IMG/VR virus record: IMGVR_UViG_3300037993_000169
Span: 1-53,821 of that record
Direction: 5' to 3' (one strand)
DNA length: 53,821 nt
Origin: a virus
Taxonomy: Duplodnaviria > Caudoviricetes
Shown one piece after another: positions 17,241 to 26,154 of the stretch (its first letter is position 1; each line of letters begins with the position of its first letter). The notes under the pieces are model-generated. The model did not search any database. It saw only the letters and a list, made by a program, of their open reading frames with translations, and had not been told where the DNA came from. The position numbers were made by a program, and so were the translations under genes.

Positions 17241-18208
17241 AGGCCCAAGTTAAGCCTCGCATCGACCTCGATAACCGGACCCGGCTCGAAGAAGCTATCC
17301 CTCTGAGCACGCCTTTTGTCTTGTTCGTGGACCCCTCCAGCCGGTGCAACTTCCATTGCCCCTTTTGTCCGACGAGCAGCAAGCCGGATAGCAGGCGAGG
17401 CCGTATACCTTTGGACCTGTACAAAAAGATCATAGATGACCTCGACGAGTTTGATAAACCCCTCAAGGTCCTGCGGCTCTACAAGGACGGTGAGCCTCTG
17501 TTACATTTGAACCTGCCGGAGATGGTACGCTATGCCAAGGATAAAGGCAGCGCGCTCAAGGTAGATGTCACCACGAACGCCTCCATGCTGACCTCAAATA
17601 TGGGCCATAGGTTGGTCGCCGCCGGCCTGGACCGCATCAACATCTCCATAAACGGCATTTCGGACGAGACATACAAACAAAATACCGGGTATTCCATCGA
17701 TTTCGATAAGCTGGTCTATAATATCCGGCAGTTCTACCAGCATAGAGAGGGCTGCTTTGTTTTCATCAAAACTATAGGCGACCTTCTTACTAAAGACCAG
17801 CAGCGGCAGTTTCTCGACATCTTCGGGGATATTTGTAACCAAATCTCCATCGAGCATGTTGCCCCATGTTGGCCCGACTTCGATGTCAAGGGCGTCAACC
17901 GCGACGTCGGCATCTACGGCCAAACCATTGAGGCGGTAAAGGTGTGTCCTTATATTTTCTACTCTCTCGCCGTCAATTCTGATGGGACCGTAAGCCTGTG
18001 CTTCCTCGATTGGTCGAGAAAAATGATTCTCGGAGATTTAAAGACGCAGAGCCTTAAAGAGATATGGGAGGGAGACGTGCTGAGAGGGCACAGGATCAAC
18101 CACTTGACGGGATACCGGGGAGGTATGTGCGCCTCCTGCGGGCAATTGTCCTATGGCCTACCTGATAACATAGACGCCTACGCCGAAACGCTCTTGGAGC
18201 GAATATGA
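17237..18208 (+). CDS. Radical SAM protein with a SPASM/Twitch domain
   Basis: CNFHCPFC (CxxxCxxC), DGEPLL and TTNAS; C-terminal CPYIF...VNSDGTVSLC...C..C. Confidence 0.93.
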   Translation: MKAQVKPRIDLDNRTRLEEAIPLSTPFVLFVDPSSRCNFHCPFCPTSSKPDSRRGRIPLDLYKKIIDDLDEFDKPLKVLRLYKDGEPLLHLNLPEMVRYAKDKGSALKVDVTTNASMLTSNMGHRLVAAGLDRINISINGISDETYKQNTGYSIDFDKLVYNIRQFYQHREGCFVFIKTIGDLLTKDQQRQFLDIFGDICNQISIEHVAPCWPDFDVKGVNRDVGIYGQTIEAVKVCPYIFYSLAVNSDGTVSLCFLDWSRKMILGDLKTQSLKEIWEGDVLRGHRINHLTGYRGGMCASCGQLSYGLPDNIDAYAETLLERI

Positions 18209-19452
18209 ATGTCCTGCACATAACCCCTCACCTCGGCGGCGGAGTCGGGCGGGTGCTTCTCGCCTGGTTGAGAAAGGACAAGAGCTCCACCCATACCGTG
18301 TTCTGTCTTGATTACGCCAACAAGAAGGCCATTGAAGCTTCTCGTGAGACGGGATTTCGCCTGTATGGCAACACGCATGTATGGCCACCCATGATTAATA
18401 ATTATATTGAGAAGGCCGACATTGTCCTGATCCACTGGTGGAACCATCCGTTGCTCTATGATTTCCTTATCCGCCGATCCCTGCCGCCGGCTCGCGTCGT
18501 GATGTGGAGCCACGTATCTGGTTTTTATCCCCCCAATGTTTTCACTGACGCTCTTTTGAAATATCCCGATATTTTTGTCTTCACTACTCCCATGAGCGAG
18601 AATACACTTGAAGCGAAGAGGGCAAGCGGAGACCTGCGAGTCATATGGTCAACGGCCGGGACAGATCACGTAAAGGACGTCAGACCGAAGCCGCACAAGG
18701 GCTTCATCGTTGGCTACATCGGCACGGTCGACTATTGCAAGATGCACCCCGACTTTCTGAAGATGTCCATGAGCGTTAAGGTCCCAGGTGTGCATTTCAT
18801 CGTCTGCGGCGGACCCAATGACGAGCAGATGAGAGAAGAAGCCGAGAGGCTCGGCGTGGGCGACAAGTTCACGTTCACCGGCCCTGTTGACGACATCGCT
18901 CCCTATCTGAGTGAGTTTGATGTTTTCGGCTATCCCCTAAACCCGATGCATTATGGAACGTGCGACCAGTCTTTAGCTGAGGCCATGGCAGCGGGAGTAC
19001 CCCCTGTGACGTTGGGGAACCCTATGGAGCGGTACATGGTAGACGCCCATGGCTATGTAGTAGAGGAGGAGAATTATGCGGCCGCAATAGAATTGCTTCA
19101 TCTAAATCCTTTCCTCCGTCGTGATCTGTCCGGATATCTGCGGGAAGCAGCCGCGCAGAGGTTTTCCCTTGACGCCATGATTGAGCAATGGCAACACGTC
19201 TTTGAAGACCTTATGAAAAAGCCGAAATCAGAAAGGAAATGGTCTGGAAGAGTCAGCGGCGAGGGCGTTTCCCCCTCAGAAGTGTTTATCGAATCGCTCG
19301 GGGATCACGTCGATGACTTCAGAGCGAACCTGAAAGGCACCCCGTCATTCAACTGGAAATCCAAGACAAGGGGCACAGCGCACCAGTATAGTTCATTTTC
19401 CCCGCAAGACAAGATTCTTCGAGAATGGAGTGATTCTATGGAGGTGGCATGA
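18205..19452 (+). CDS. GT-B (family 4-like) glycosyltransferase
   Basis: HLGGGVGRV N-terminus, VGYIG, FTGPVDDIAPYLSEFDVF and LAEAMAAGVPPV. Confidence 0.9.
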   Translation: MNVLHITPHLGGGVGRVLLAWLRKDKSSTHTVFCLDYANKKAIEASRETGFRLYGNTHVWPPMINNYIEKADIVLIHWWNHPLLYDFLIRRSLPPARVVMWSHVSGFYPPNVFTDALLKYPDIFVFTTPMSENTLEAKRASGDLRVIWSTAGTDHVKDVRPKPHKGFIVGYIGTVDYCKMHPDFLKMSMSVKVPGVHFIVCGGPNDEQMREEAERLGVGDKFTFTGPVDDIAPYLSEFDVFGYPLNPMHYGTCDQSLAEAMAAGVPPVTLGNPMERYMVDAHGYVVEEENYAAAIELLHLNPFLRRDLSGYLREAAAQRFSLDAMIEQWQHVFEDLMKKPKSERKWSGRVSGEGVSPSEVFIESLGDHVDDFRANLKGTPSFNWKSKTRGTAHQYSSFSPQDKILREWSDSMEVA

Positions 19453-21035
19453 ACGTCCTTTTTATCGTGATGCCTTATCTGATGAAGCTGGAAGTCAAAG
19501 AGCACATGCTCAGAAGCTTCCGCGCTTTCCCCTATGGGCTTCTTTCTGTGGCGTCGTATGTCAAGAGCCAGCTGGGCGACAAGGTTAATGTCCAGGTGCT
19601 TGATTGCAACGCCTATGATGATTTCCTACCCGTCATAAGGGACACTCTCCGGACATTCAACCCCTCACTCGTCGCCCTTGGTATGCAGTTCGACATCTCC
19701 TATAAGCATCTGTCTGCGGTTACGGAAACGATTAAACGATGCAGCGACGCCGTTGTGGTGCTCGGTGGCTCGGCGGCAACATCCTCCTACGACAACATCC
19801 TTGAAAATCAACCCGGTATAGATGCGATCTGCTACCATGAGGGCGAATTACCGATGCTCAGGCTGGTTACGAGCGATAACCCCAGGGGAACCCTTCAGGG
19901 GGACCCTTCGTGGATTACCAGAGACTCTTTCCGAGGAGGAAAGAGGCCCTTGAAGTCTTCTATTCAAAACCTTGACGACGCGATCGATATTGACTATTCC
20001 CTTGTCAACATCAAAGACTACGAGATGGTTGAAGCTTTTTCGCCGATGTCGCATAAGATTCAGAACAAGCGGCAGTTCTACCTCATGACGTCCCGCGGCT
20101 GTCCTTTCAATTGCTGCTTTTGCTTTCACTCCGGAGATCCTGACAAGTCGATGAGATACGCGAGCCCGGAGAAGGTCATAGCGCACGTCAGGCACCTCGT
20201 AGATGACTACGGTATGAACGTCCTGACCATTAATGACGATCAGATATTGTTCAATCAGAGGAGGGCGAAGGAGATTTTTAAGGGCCTCGCTCAATTCAAA
20301 ATACGCCTCGAATGCCCGAACGGCTTATCGACGGCCTTCATTGATGACGAGGTGGCATGCCTGATGCGCGCGGCCGGCCTGGACACCGCGACCCTTGCCA
20401 TAGAATCGGGCTCACGCTATATGCTCAACAAGGTCATCCACAAACCCCTGACGCTCGACAAGGTTAAGCCGGTCATCGACATCCTGAGAAAGTACGACTT
20501 CTGGATTCACGGCTTTTTTGTCTCGGGCATTCCGGGCGAAACAGACGAACACCGAGACGAGACCGTGAGATTTATCAAGGACGTAGGTTTCGACTGGGCA
20601 GTATTCAACCTCGCAATGCCTTCCCGCGGCAGCGACATGTTCAGGATATGCACGGAGAAAGGCTATATCCCCAAGGATACACGCATCGAGCACCTTCAGT
20701 ACAGCCGGTATATCATCGACACCCCTGAATATAGCACCGAGTATGTGGCAACCAAGACGTACCGGATGAATCTGGACGTGAATTTCGTCAACAACTACCG
20801 CATGAAACACGGGGAATACGCCATCGCCGCCGACGCTTTCAGGGATGTTATCAGGAGATATGAAGACCAGGCGTTTGCGTACTACTATCTAGCAAAAGCA
20901 CTTTGGAATCAAGCAAGCTCTCTTAGCACGAAGCACCTTGTTGAGCCGGGTTTGGCAATGGAAAAATATTATGAGATCGTGCACCGAGACCCTGCCTGGA
21001 AAGCGCACGCCGAATACTTCGGGATGGTGACGTGA
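19449..21035 (+). CDS. Cobalamin-binding radical SAM enzyme (class B methyltransferase-like)
   Basis: PYGLLSVASY, VVLGG, EGE, TSRGCPFNCCFC, AIESGS and GIPGET; TPR-like C-terminus. Confidence 0.93.
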   Translation: MNVLFIVMPYLMKLEVKEHMLRSFRAFPYGLLSVASYVKSQLGDKVNVQVLDCNAYDDFLPVIRDTLRTFNPSLVALGMQFDISYKHLSAVTETIKRCSDAVVVLGGSAATSSYDNILENQPGIDAICYHEGELPMLRLVTSDNPRGTLQGDPSWITRDSFRGGKRPLKSSIQNLDDAIDIDYSLVNIKDYEMVEAFSPMSHKIQNKRQFYLMTSRGCPFNCCFCFHSGDPDKSMRYASPEKVIAHVRHLVDDYGMNVLTINDDQILFNQRRAKEIFKGLAQFKIRLECPNGLSTAFIDDEVACLMRAAGLDTATLAIESGSRYMLNKVIHKPLTLDKVKPVIDILRKYDFWIHGFFVSGIPGETDEHRDETVRFIKDVGFDWAVFNLAMPSRGSDMFRICTEKGYIPKDTRIEHLQYSRYIIDTPEYSTEYVATKTYRMNLDVNFVNNYRMKHGEYAIAADAFRDVIRRYEDQAFAYYYLAKALWNQASSLSTKHLVEPGLAMEKYYEIVHRDPAWKAHAEYFGMVT

Positions 21036-21913
21036 TGGAGTTCCGCCGCCTCGGTCGTACCGACTTTCAAGTATCCGTTTTAGGCTTCGGGTCCGCAGAG
21101 ATTGGGCAGGGGAATCTTGAGCAGAAGAAGGTCGATAACCTGCTCGGCATGACCCTTGATTCAGGCATAAACGTGATCGATACGGCGGAGTGCTACGGGA
21201 ACACCGAAGAGTTGATAGGAAACGCGGTAGGGCATCGAGACGATGTGTTTATCTTTACGAAATGCGGCCATGCGATGAGCGCAGGAGAGAAAAGCTGGCT
21301 TGTCGGGGGGATATTTTCTGGCGTAGAGAGAAGTCTCAGAAGGCTCAGGCGCGACCACGTCGACCTGCTTCAGCTTCACTCCTGCCCCATAGAACTGCTC
21401 AAGCAGGGCGAGGTTATAGACATCCTCGAAGCCCTGAAACAATCCGGCAAAACCCGCTTCATCGGCCTATCCGCCGACGGCAATGCGGCCAAATACGGCA
21501 TTGAGACAGGACGTTTCGATGTTCTGCAAACATCCTTCAGCATAGCCGACCAAGAGGCATTGACGCTTACTTTTCCTCTCGCACGAAAGAAAAACATGGG
21601 GATCATCGTCAAGCGCCCCCTCGCTAATGTCGTCTGGAAGCATAAAGAGAAGCCGGAGAACCCTTGGCTACACACGTACTGGGAGAGAATACAAAAGCTC
21701 GGCTATCGGTTTTTGGACTCCTGCGCCGTCCCTTTACGTTTTGCCTTATCTCCTGCCGCCGTGTCAACCGTCCTTGTCGGCTCAGTGATGCCGCAGCATT
21801 TAAGACAGAATGCGGCCTATGCATCCTATGGGGCGTTGAGCGCCTACAAGTTTATGCAGATTCGCACCCGCTGGAAACATTCCGGCGGTGATGAATGGCC
21901 GGGAGTGGGATAA
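21032..21913 (+). CDS. Aldo/keto reductase
   Basis: RRLGRT..VSVLGFG, IDTAECYG, FTK, SLRRLRRDHVDLLQLH and GKTRFIGLS. Confidence 0.93.
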   Translation: MMEFRRLGRTDFQVSVLGFGSAEIGQGNLEQKKVDNLLGMTLDSGINVIDTAECYGNTEELIGNAVGHRDDVFIFTKCGHAMSAGEKSWLVGGIFSGVERSLRRLRRDHVDLLQLHSCPIELLKQGEVIDILEALKQSGKTRFIGLSADGNAAKYGIETGRFDVLQTSFSIADQEALTLTFPLARKKNMGIIVKRPLANVVWKHKEKPENPWLHTYWERIQKLGYRFLDSCAVPLRFALSPAAVSTVLVGSVMPQHLRQNAAYASYGALSAYKFMQIRTRWKHSGGDEWPGVG

Positions 21914-21936
21914 CGTGGTAGAAGATCAGAAATCTC

Positions 21937-21965
21937 TTGACAAACCTGAAACTTTCATAGACAAT
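21937..21965 (+). promoter_or_regulatory. Sigma70-like promoter TTGACA-17-GACAAT upstream of the scaffold/capsid genes
   Basis: -35 at 21937-21942; -10 at 21960-21965. Confidence 0.65.
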
Positions 21966-21974
21966 GATAAACAG

Positions 21975-22061
21975 ATGATTACACTACCGAAACAAGAGAT
22001 AATCGACATCCTCAAAGCCCTCGACGGGGCAAAGAAAAAGCTTCAGGAGCGCATAAAATGA
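21975..22061 (+). CDS. 28-aa putative leader peptide (MITLPKQEIIDILKALDGAKKKLQERIK)
   Basis: ATG about 10 nt after the -10 box with no SD; amphipathic-helix-like sequence. Confidence 0.45.
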   Translation: MITLPKQEIIDILKALDGAKKKLQERIK

Positions 22062-22111
22062 GATAGCGACAACACATAGTTTCCCTACCTCTCAGGGTAG
22101 CAAAGGAGAAC

Positions 22112-22153
22112 AAAGGGTGACTGTCCGGCGACGGATGGCCACCCTTTTTATTT
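22112..22153 (+). terminator. Intrinsic terminator-like hairpin in front of the scaffold gene
   Basis: AAA-GGGTGACTGTCCG-GCGA-CGGATGGCCACCC-TTTTTATTT. Confidence 0.75.
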
Positions 22154-22172
22154 CAACCACAGGAGAGACTTT

Positions 22173-23099
22173 ATGCCAGACCCCACGGACCCGCCCGTGA
22201 TCGCCGACCCAGCAGCCCCGGCAACCGCATCCGACCCAGCAGCAGGCCCCGCGCCTGACCCGCCTGTATCGCCGGACCCAGGCACCGGCACACCACCAGA
22301 CCCTTCAACGCCGCCAAATCCACCAGAGCCGGGTTCGGAACCCACGGCAGCAGAGAAGAGGATAGCAAAGCTCGTCGCGGAGCGGAACAGGGAGAGAGAG
22401 CGAGCGGCCTTCCTTGAGGGTCAGCTTGCGGCCACCAAACAGGCCCCTGCGACCCCTGCACAGCCCGCAGTAGACGCACCGCCCACCCCCCCGGACCCCT
22501 CAGAGCATGAAGGCGGGGAATTCGGTACTACCTTCCGGCAGGCGGAGCTTGCTTATGCGGCCGATTTGGGTGCCTGGAAGGTCCGGCAGCAGCTTAAAGC
22601 CGACCAGGAACAGGCTACCAAGGCCACCCAGGAGAAGACCGAACAGGAGAAGGAGACGGCGCTCAAGGCGAAGCTTGAAGAGGCCGAAGAGGAAGACCCC
22701 GGAGTTTCGGACATCCTCAAAGACCCCAAGCTGCCCCTTTCCCGGCCAATGTACGACGCGATCAGGGAATCAGACCTTGCCCCTAAGCTGTTCCGGTATC
22801 TATCGGACAACAGGAAGGAGGCGGAGAAGATATTTTTTATGACGCCCGCGGCTGCAATCAGAGCCGTAGCGCTCATCGAAGCGAAGCTCACAGCCCCGCC
22901 GACAGCACCGGCGGTTAAACCAACAGTAGTCAGCCAGGCCCCCGCGCCAATGACCACGGTGAAGGGTGCGACGGGATCGCCGCCTGTCGACGAAGAGCAC
23001 GAGAGCGCCGAAGCGTTCTATGCCCGGCGCCAACGGGAGGAATTCGGCCCCGGAGGCCCCCGCCACCATGAATTATTGTTCAGGGGGCGGCGCGTATAG
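22173..23099 (+). CDS. Capsid scaffolding protein
   Basis: Pro/acidic N-terminus, KRIAKLVAER coiled coil and helical C-terminus; immediately upstream of the coat gene. Confidence 0.8.
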   Translation: MPDPTDPPVIADPAAPATASDPAAGPAPDPPVSPDPGTGTPPDPSTPPNPPEPGSEPTAAEKRIAKLVAERNRERERAAFLEGQLAATKQAPATPAQPAVDAPPTPPDPSEHEGGEFGTTFRQAELAYAADLGAWKVRQQLKADQEQATKATQEKTEQEKETALKAKLEEAEEEDPGVSDILKDPKLPLSRPMYDAIRESDLAPKLFRYLSDNRKEAEKIFFMTPAAAIRAVALIEAKLTAPPTAPAVKPTVVSQAPAPMTTVKGATGSPPVDEEHESAEAFYARRQREEFGPGGPRHHELLFRGRRV

Positions 23100-23108
23100 G
23101 AGGGCGAC

Positions 23109-24422
23109 ATGCCTAATAAGCTTTTAACATCAACTCTCGTGACCCGGGAGATTTTGCGGATAGTCCACAACAACCTTGCCTTTACCAAAGGCATCAACCG
23201 GAGTTATGACAAGGTATTTGCCGAGAGCGGCGCGAAGATCGGCGCCACGGCGAATGTCAGGCTCCCCAACCAGTACTACCTCTCCGACGGCCCCGACCTT
23301 CAGGCGCAGGCCACCCAGGAGCAGACGGTGCCCGTGACCGTCAACCACCAATGGCACGTCGATGTCAATTTCACGACGGCCGACCTAACCCTGTCTCTGG
23401 ATGACTTCTCGAAGCGCATCCTTTCCCCTATGGGCAACCGGCTTACTTCCGGCATCGACTATTGGGGACTCAACGCGGCCCTTTACAACTGCTACAACTT
23501 CGTAGGAACCCCCGGAACGCTCCCCGGCACGAGCGGCACCGGCTCCTTTGGCCTCTATTCGACCACGACCAGCCCTGCAATCTTCTTGAACGCGGGAGCG
23601 GCGCTGTCGAGCATGGCGGTGCCAACGGACAACAACAGACGGTGCGTCCTCTCGCCTAACGCTCAGGCAAACAGCGTGCAGGGCCTGTCCGGACTCTTTG
23701 AGGCTCGTGAGTTGATTGCCGAGCAGTACCGTAAGGGCGTACTCGGGTACGCGCTGGGCTTTGAGTTTGCGACCGACCAAAACATCAACGTATTGACTAC
23801 GGGTGCCCATGGCGGCAGCCCCGTGGTGTACGGTGCCAACCAAACGGGCAGCAGCCTCTATACGTCCGGGTGGCCGGCGAACACCCAAGTGCTTATGCCG
23901 GGCGAAATCTTCCAGATCGGCAGCGGCGCGACGGCGTGTCTCGCCCTGAACCCCGAAAACCAGCAGGCCAACGGCAACCTTCAGAACTTCGTAGTTGGAG
24001 GTTGGAGCGTGAGCATTCAGAACAATGCGCCTGTCCAGACGCTTACCCCCGTGACTTCGGACGCCAACGGTTTTGCAACCATACCTATAACCCCGTCGAT
24101 CATCCCGGCTGCCACACAGCAGGCTTATGGCACCGTTGCAGCTTCCCCGGTGAGCGGCGCGGCCATCACCATCATATCCGGCTCGGCCAGCACGTCATAT
24201 CCGCAGTCGCTTGCTTACCACAACGACTTTGCCACCCTGGCATGTGTAGACCTGGAGCTTCCGACGGACGTTGCGTTCGGCGGCAGGGAAATGATTGACG
24301 GCATATCACTCCGCATCGTGCGGCAATACCTTATCGGGTCCGACCAAATCCCGGCTAGGGTTGACGTACTCGGCGGATGGGCGGTCCTGCGGCCTTCTTT
24401 CGGCTGCCGGATCAGCTCGTAA
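23109..24422 (+). CDS. Major capsid protein, P22 gp5-like
   Basis: MPNKLLT...INRSYD...GAKIG.T.NVRLP, LTLSLDDFSKRIL.P, GISLRIVRQY and RVDVLGG. Confidence 0.93.
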   Translation: MPNKLLTSTLVTREILRIVHNNLAFTKGINRSYDKVFAESGAKIGATANVRLPNQYYLSDGPDLQAQATQEQTVPVTVNHQWHVDVNFTTADLTLSLDDFSKRILSPMGNRLTSGIDYWGLNAALYNCYNFVGTPGTLPGTSGTGSFGLYSTTTSPAIFLNAGAALSSMAVPTDNNRRCVLSPNAQANSVQGLSGLFEARELIAEQYRKGVLGYALGFEFATDQNINVLTTGAHGGSPVVYGANQTGSSLYTSGWPANTQVLMPGEIFQIGSGATACLALNPENQQANGNLQNFVVGGWSVSIQNNAPVQTLTPVTSDANGFATIPITPSIIPAATQQAYGTVAASPVSGAAITIISGSASTSYPQSLAYHNDFATLACVDLELPTDVAFGGREMIDGISLRIVRQYLIGSDQIPARVDVLGGWAVLRPSFGCRISS

Positions 24423-24434
24423 GGAGGTGAAGAG

Positions 24435-26099
24435 ATGAGCGTATTCACGGTCACAGACGGCAATCCCGACGGTAGCCAGTTCGGGACTCAGCCTTCAGAG
24501 AAAATCGCGTTTTACGGTGCGCCCCCGATATCACAGAGGGGTCAGGCGCTTCAGGCTCTCCTTCAAGGTCGGCCTGTGTGCCAGTTCATCACATATCAGT
24601 TGTCCGCGTCTCCTACGACGGTCAACAACGGCAGCACTTCTGAGTCCGCCGTTACCTTTATAGGCTTGCAGACTGGCGATTTCGTTGTGTCGGTCAACAA
24701 GCCGACGACACAGACAGGTTTGGCTATTGCAGGGTGGAGAACCGCTGGCACGACAATCTACATCAACTTCGGCAATGCGACGGCGACCACAACCGTGCCG
24801 ACTGCCTCAGAGACGTACACTTTTGTCGTTGCCCGCGGCCTGCCTACTATCACGGCGGCTCTCACCCCTGCGGCCGTAGCACCCAACACAGCGGTAGAAC
24901 AGGTTTTCACCGTCCAGGGCTCCGGCGCGGCGGCAACGGCAATCATCAATGCGGCCGGCCAGGTTATCGGCGCCAACGTCACGGCGGGCGGCACCGGTTA
25001 TTACACTCCCCCGGAAGTCATTTTTGCGGGTGGCGGCCCGGCTAACCCCATTACATCGGGCACTTACGCAGGACTGGGCGCTCCTGCCGCAACGGCGACC
25101 TATCCTTACGGCTCCGGCGCGACGGGCATCGCTATCGTGTCCGGCGGGGCGGTGACGGGCATCAGGATCACAAACCCCGGCTCCGGCTATCAGATCGCCC
25201 CGGCAATTACTTTCGCCGGCGGCAACAACATCAGCCTTGGCCAGACCATCGTCGGCAACAAGCCGACGGCTCAGACGGGCCTCGGCGTGGCGAACTGGAG
25301 AATTGCCGGAAACTATCAGGTCGGCATTACCTTCCAGAACTTCACGGCCACGACCATCACCCCGACGGCGGGCGAAAGCTACACCTTCGCGGTTTTGGGT
25401 ACGGCTCCGGGCTGCACGAACCTTATCACATTCGGCGCGGCGTCCTCTACTCCGGGCGCGACCGTCGGGGCAACCAGCACGGCGGAGCAGGCCATTTCCG
25501 TTACTGGCATCACGGCGGCTACGGACTGGGTAGTCGGCCTCAGCAAGCCTTCTTTGCAGCTCGGGCTTATCACAGGATCGGCAAGGGTATCTGCAACCAC
25601 ATCTAACGCAGTCTATGTATCTTATGCAAACGTATCGAGCGCGGCGATTACGCCTACCGCCAGCGAGGTTTACACCATCACGATAGGCAAGGCGACTCCG
25701 CCTCTTGCGTCCGTGCTCTATCCGGTTTATACGGCGGCCTTCACTTCGGTTCCTACCGTCAGCGGCTCGGAACAGAGCATAAGTATATCCGGCATCTCGG
25801 CAGGGTCGGCACTCAACGTCATGCCTCCGCCCGGAATGCCTGCCGGCCTTACCATAGGCGGGGCGAGGGTGAGCGCGACCACGGCGGGGCTGTGCTATGT
25901 CAACTTCGTCAACACATCGACGACCAACTCCCTGACGCCTCCTACGGGCGTCTACCAGTTCGAAAACTTCGCCGCTCTCGGACCTGGTGTGAACAACTGG
26001 GTTTCGATACCGGTCAGCCCGACAAGGACCGATGCGGCAAACCTGGCCAACGAGCAGCAGCAAATGTTGGCTTCAATCGGTATGGCTCAGGGCTACTAA
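24435..26099 (+). CDS. Ser/Thr/Ala/Gly-rich head decoration/fibre protein with four internal repeats
   Basis: Follows the coat gene; N-terminal DGNPDG...KIAFYG..P; repeated EQ...V.G...NKPT.Q.GL units; C-terminal ANE...L...G motif as seen in head-fibre anchors. Confidence 0.7.
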   Translation: MSVFTVTDGNPDGSQFGTQPSEKIAFYGAPPISQRGQALQALLQGRPVCQFITYQLSASPTTVNNGSTSESAVTFIGLQTGDFVVSVNKPTTQTGLAIAGWRTAGTTIYINFGNATATTTVPTASETYTFVVARGLPTITAALTPAAVAPNTAVEQVFTVQGSGAAATAIINAAGQVIGANVTAGGTGYYTPPEVIFAGGGPANPITSGTYAGLGAPAATATYPYGSGATGIAIVSGGAVTGIRITNPGSGYQIAPAITFAGGNNISLGQTIVGNKPTAQTGLGVANWRIAGNYQVGITFQNFTATTITPTAGESYTFAVLGTAPGCTNLITFGAASSTPGATVGATSTAEQAISVTGITAATDWVVGLSKPSLQLGLITGSARVSATTSNAVYVSYANVSSAAITPTASEVYTITIGKATPPLASVLYPVYTAAFTSVPTVSGSEQSISISGISAGSALNVMPPPGMPAGLTIGGARVSATTAGLCYVNFVNTSTTNSLTPPTGVYQFENFAALGPGVNNWVSIPVSPTRTDAANLANEQQQMLASIGMAQGY

Positions 26100-26110
26100 C
26101 GGCGCGTCAA

Positions 26111-26134
26111 GGAGGGGAGGTAAAACTCCCCTCC
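26111..26134 (+). other. GC-rich hairpin after the head-fibre gene
   Basis: GGAGGGGAG-GTAAAA-CTCCCCTCC; no clear U-tract. Confidence 0.5.
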
Positions 26135-26154
26135 AACTTAAACAGGGGGCCTGC

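Noticed and set aside
15993-21913. Host chromosomal DNA flanking a prophage
   Set aside because: The block is bounded by portal and scaffold genes and overlaps the portal stop codon, so it lies inside the phage late operon; a chimeric assembly cannot be fully excluded without reads.
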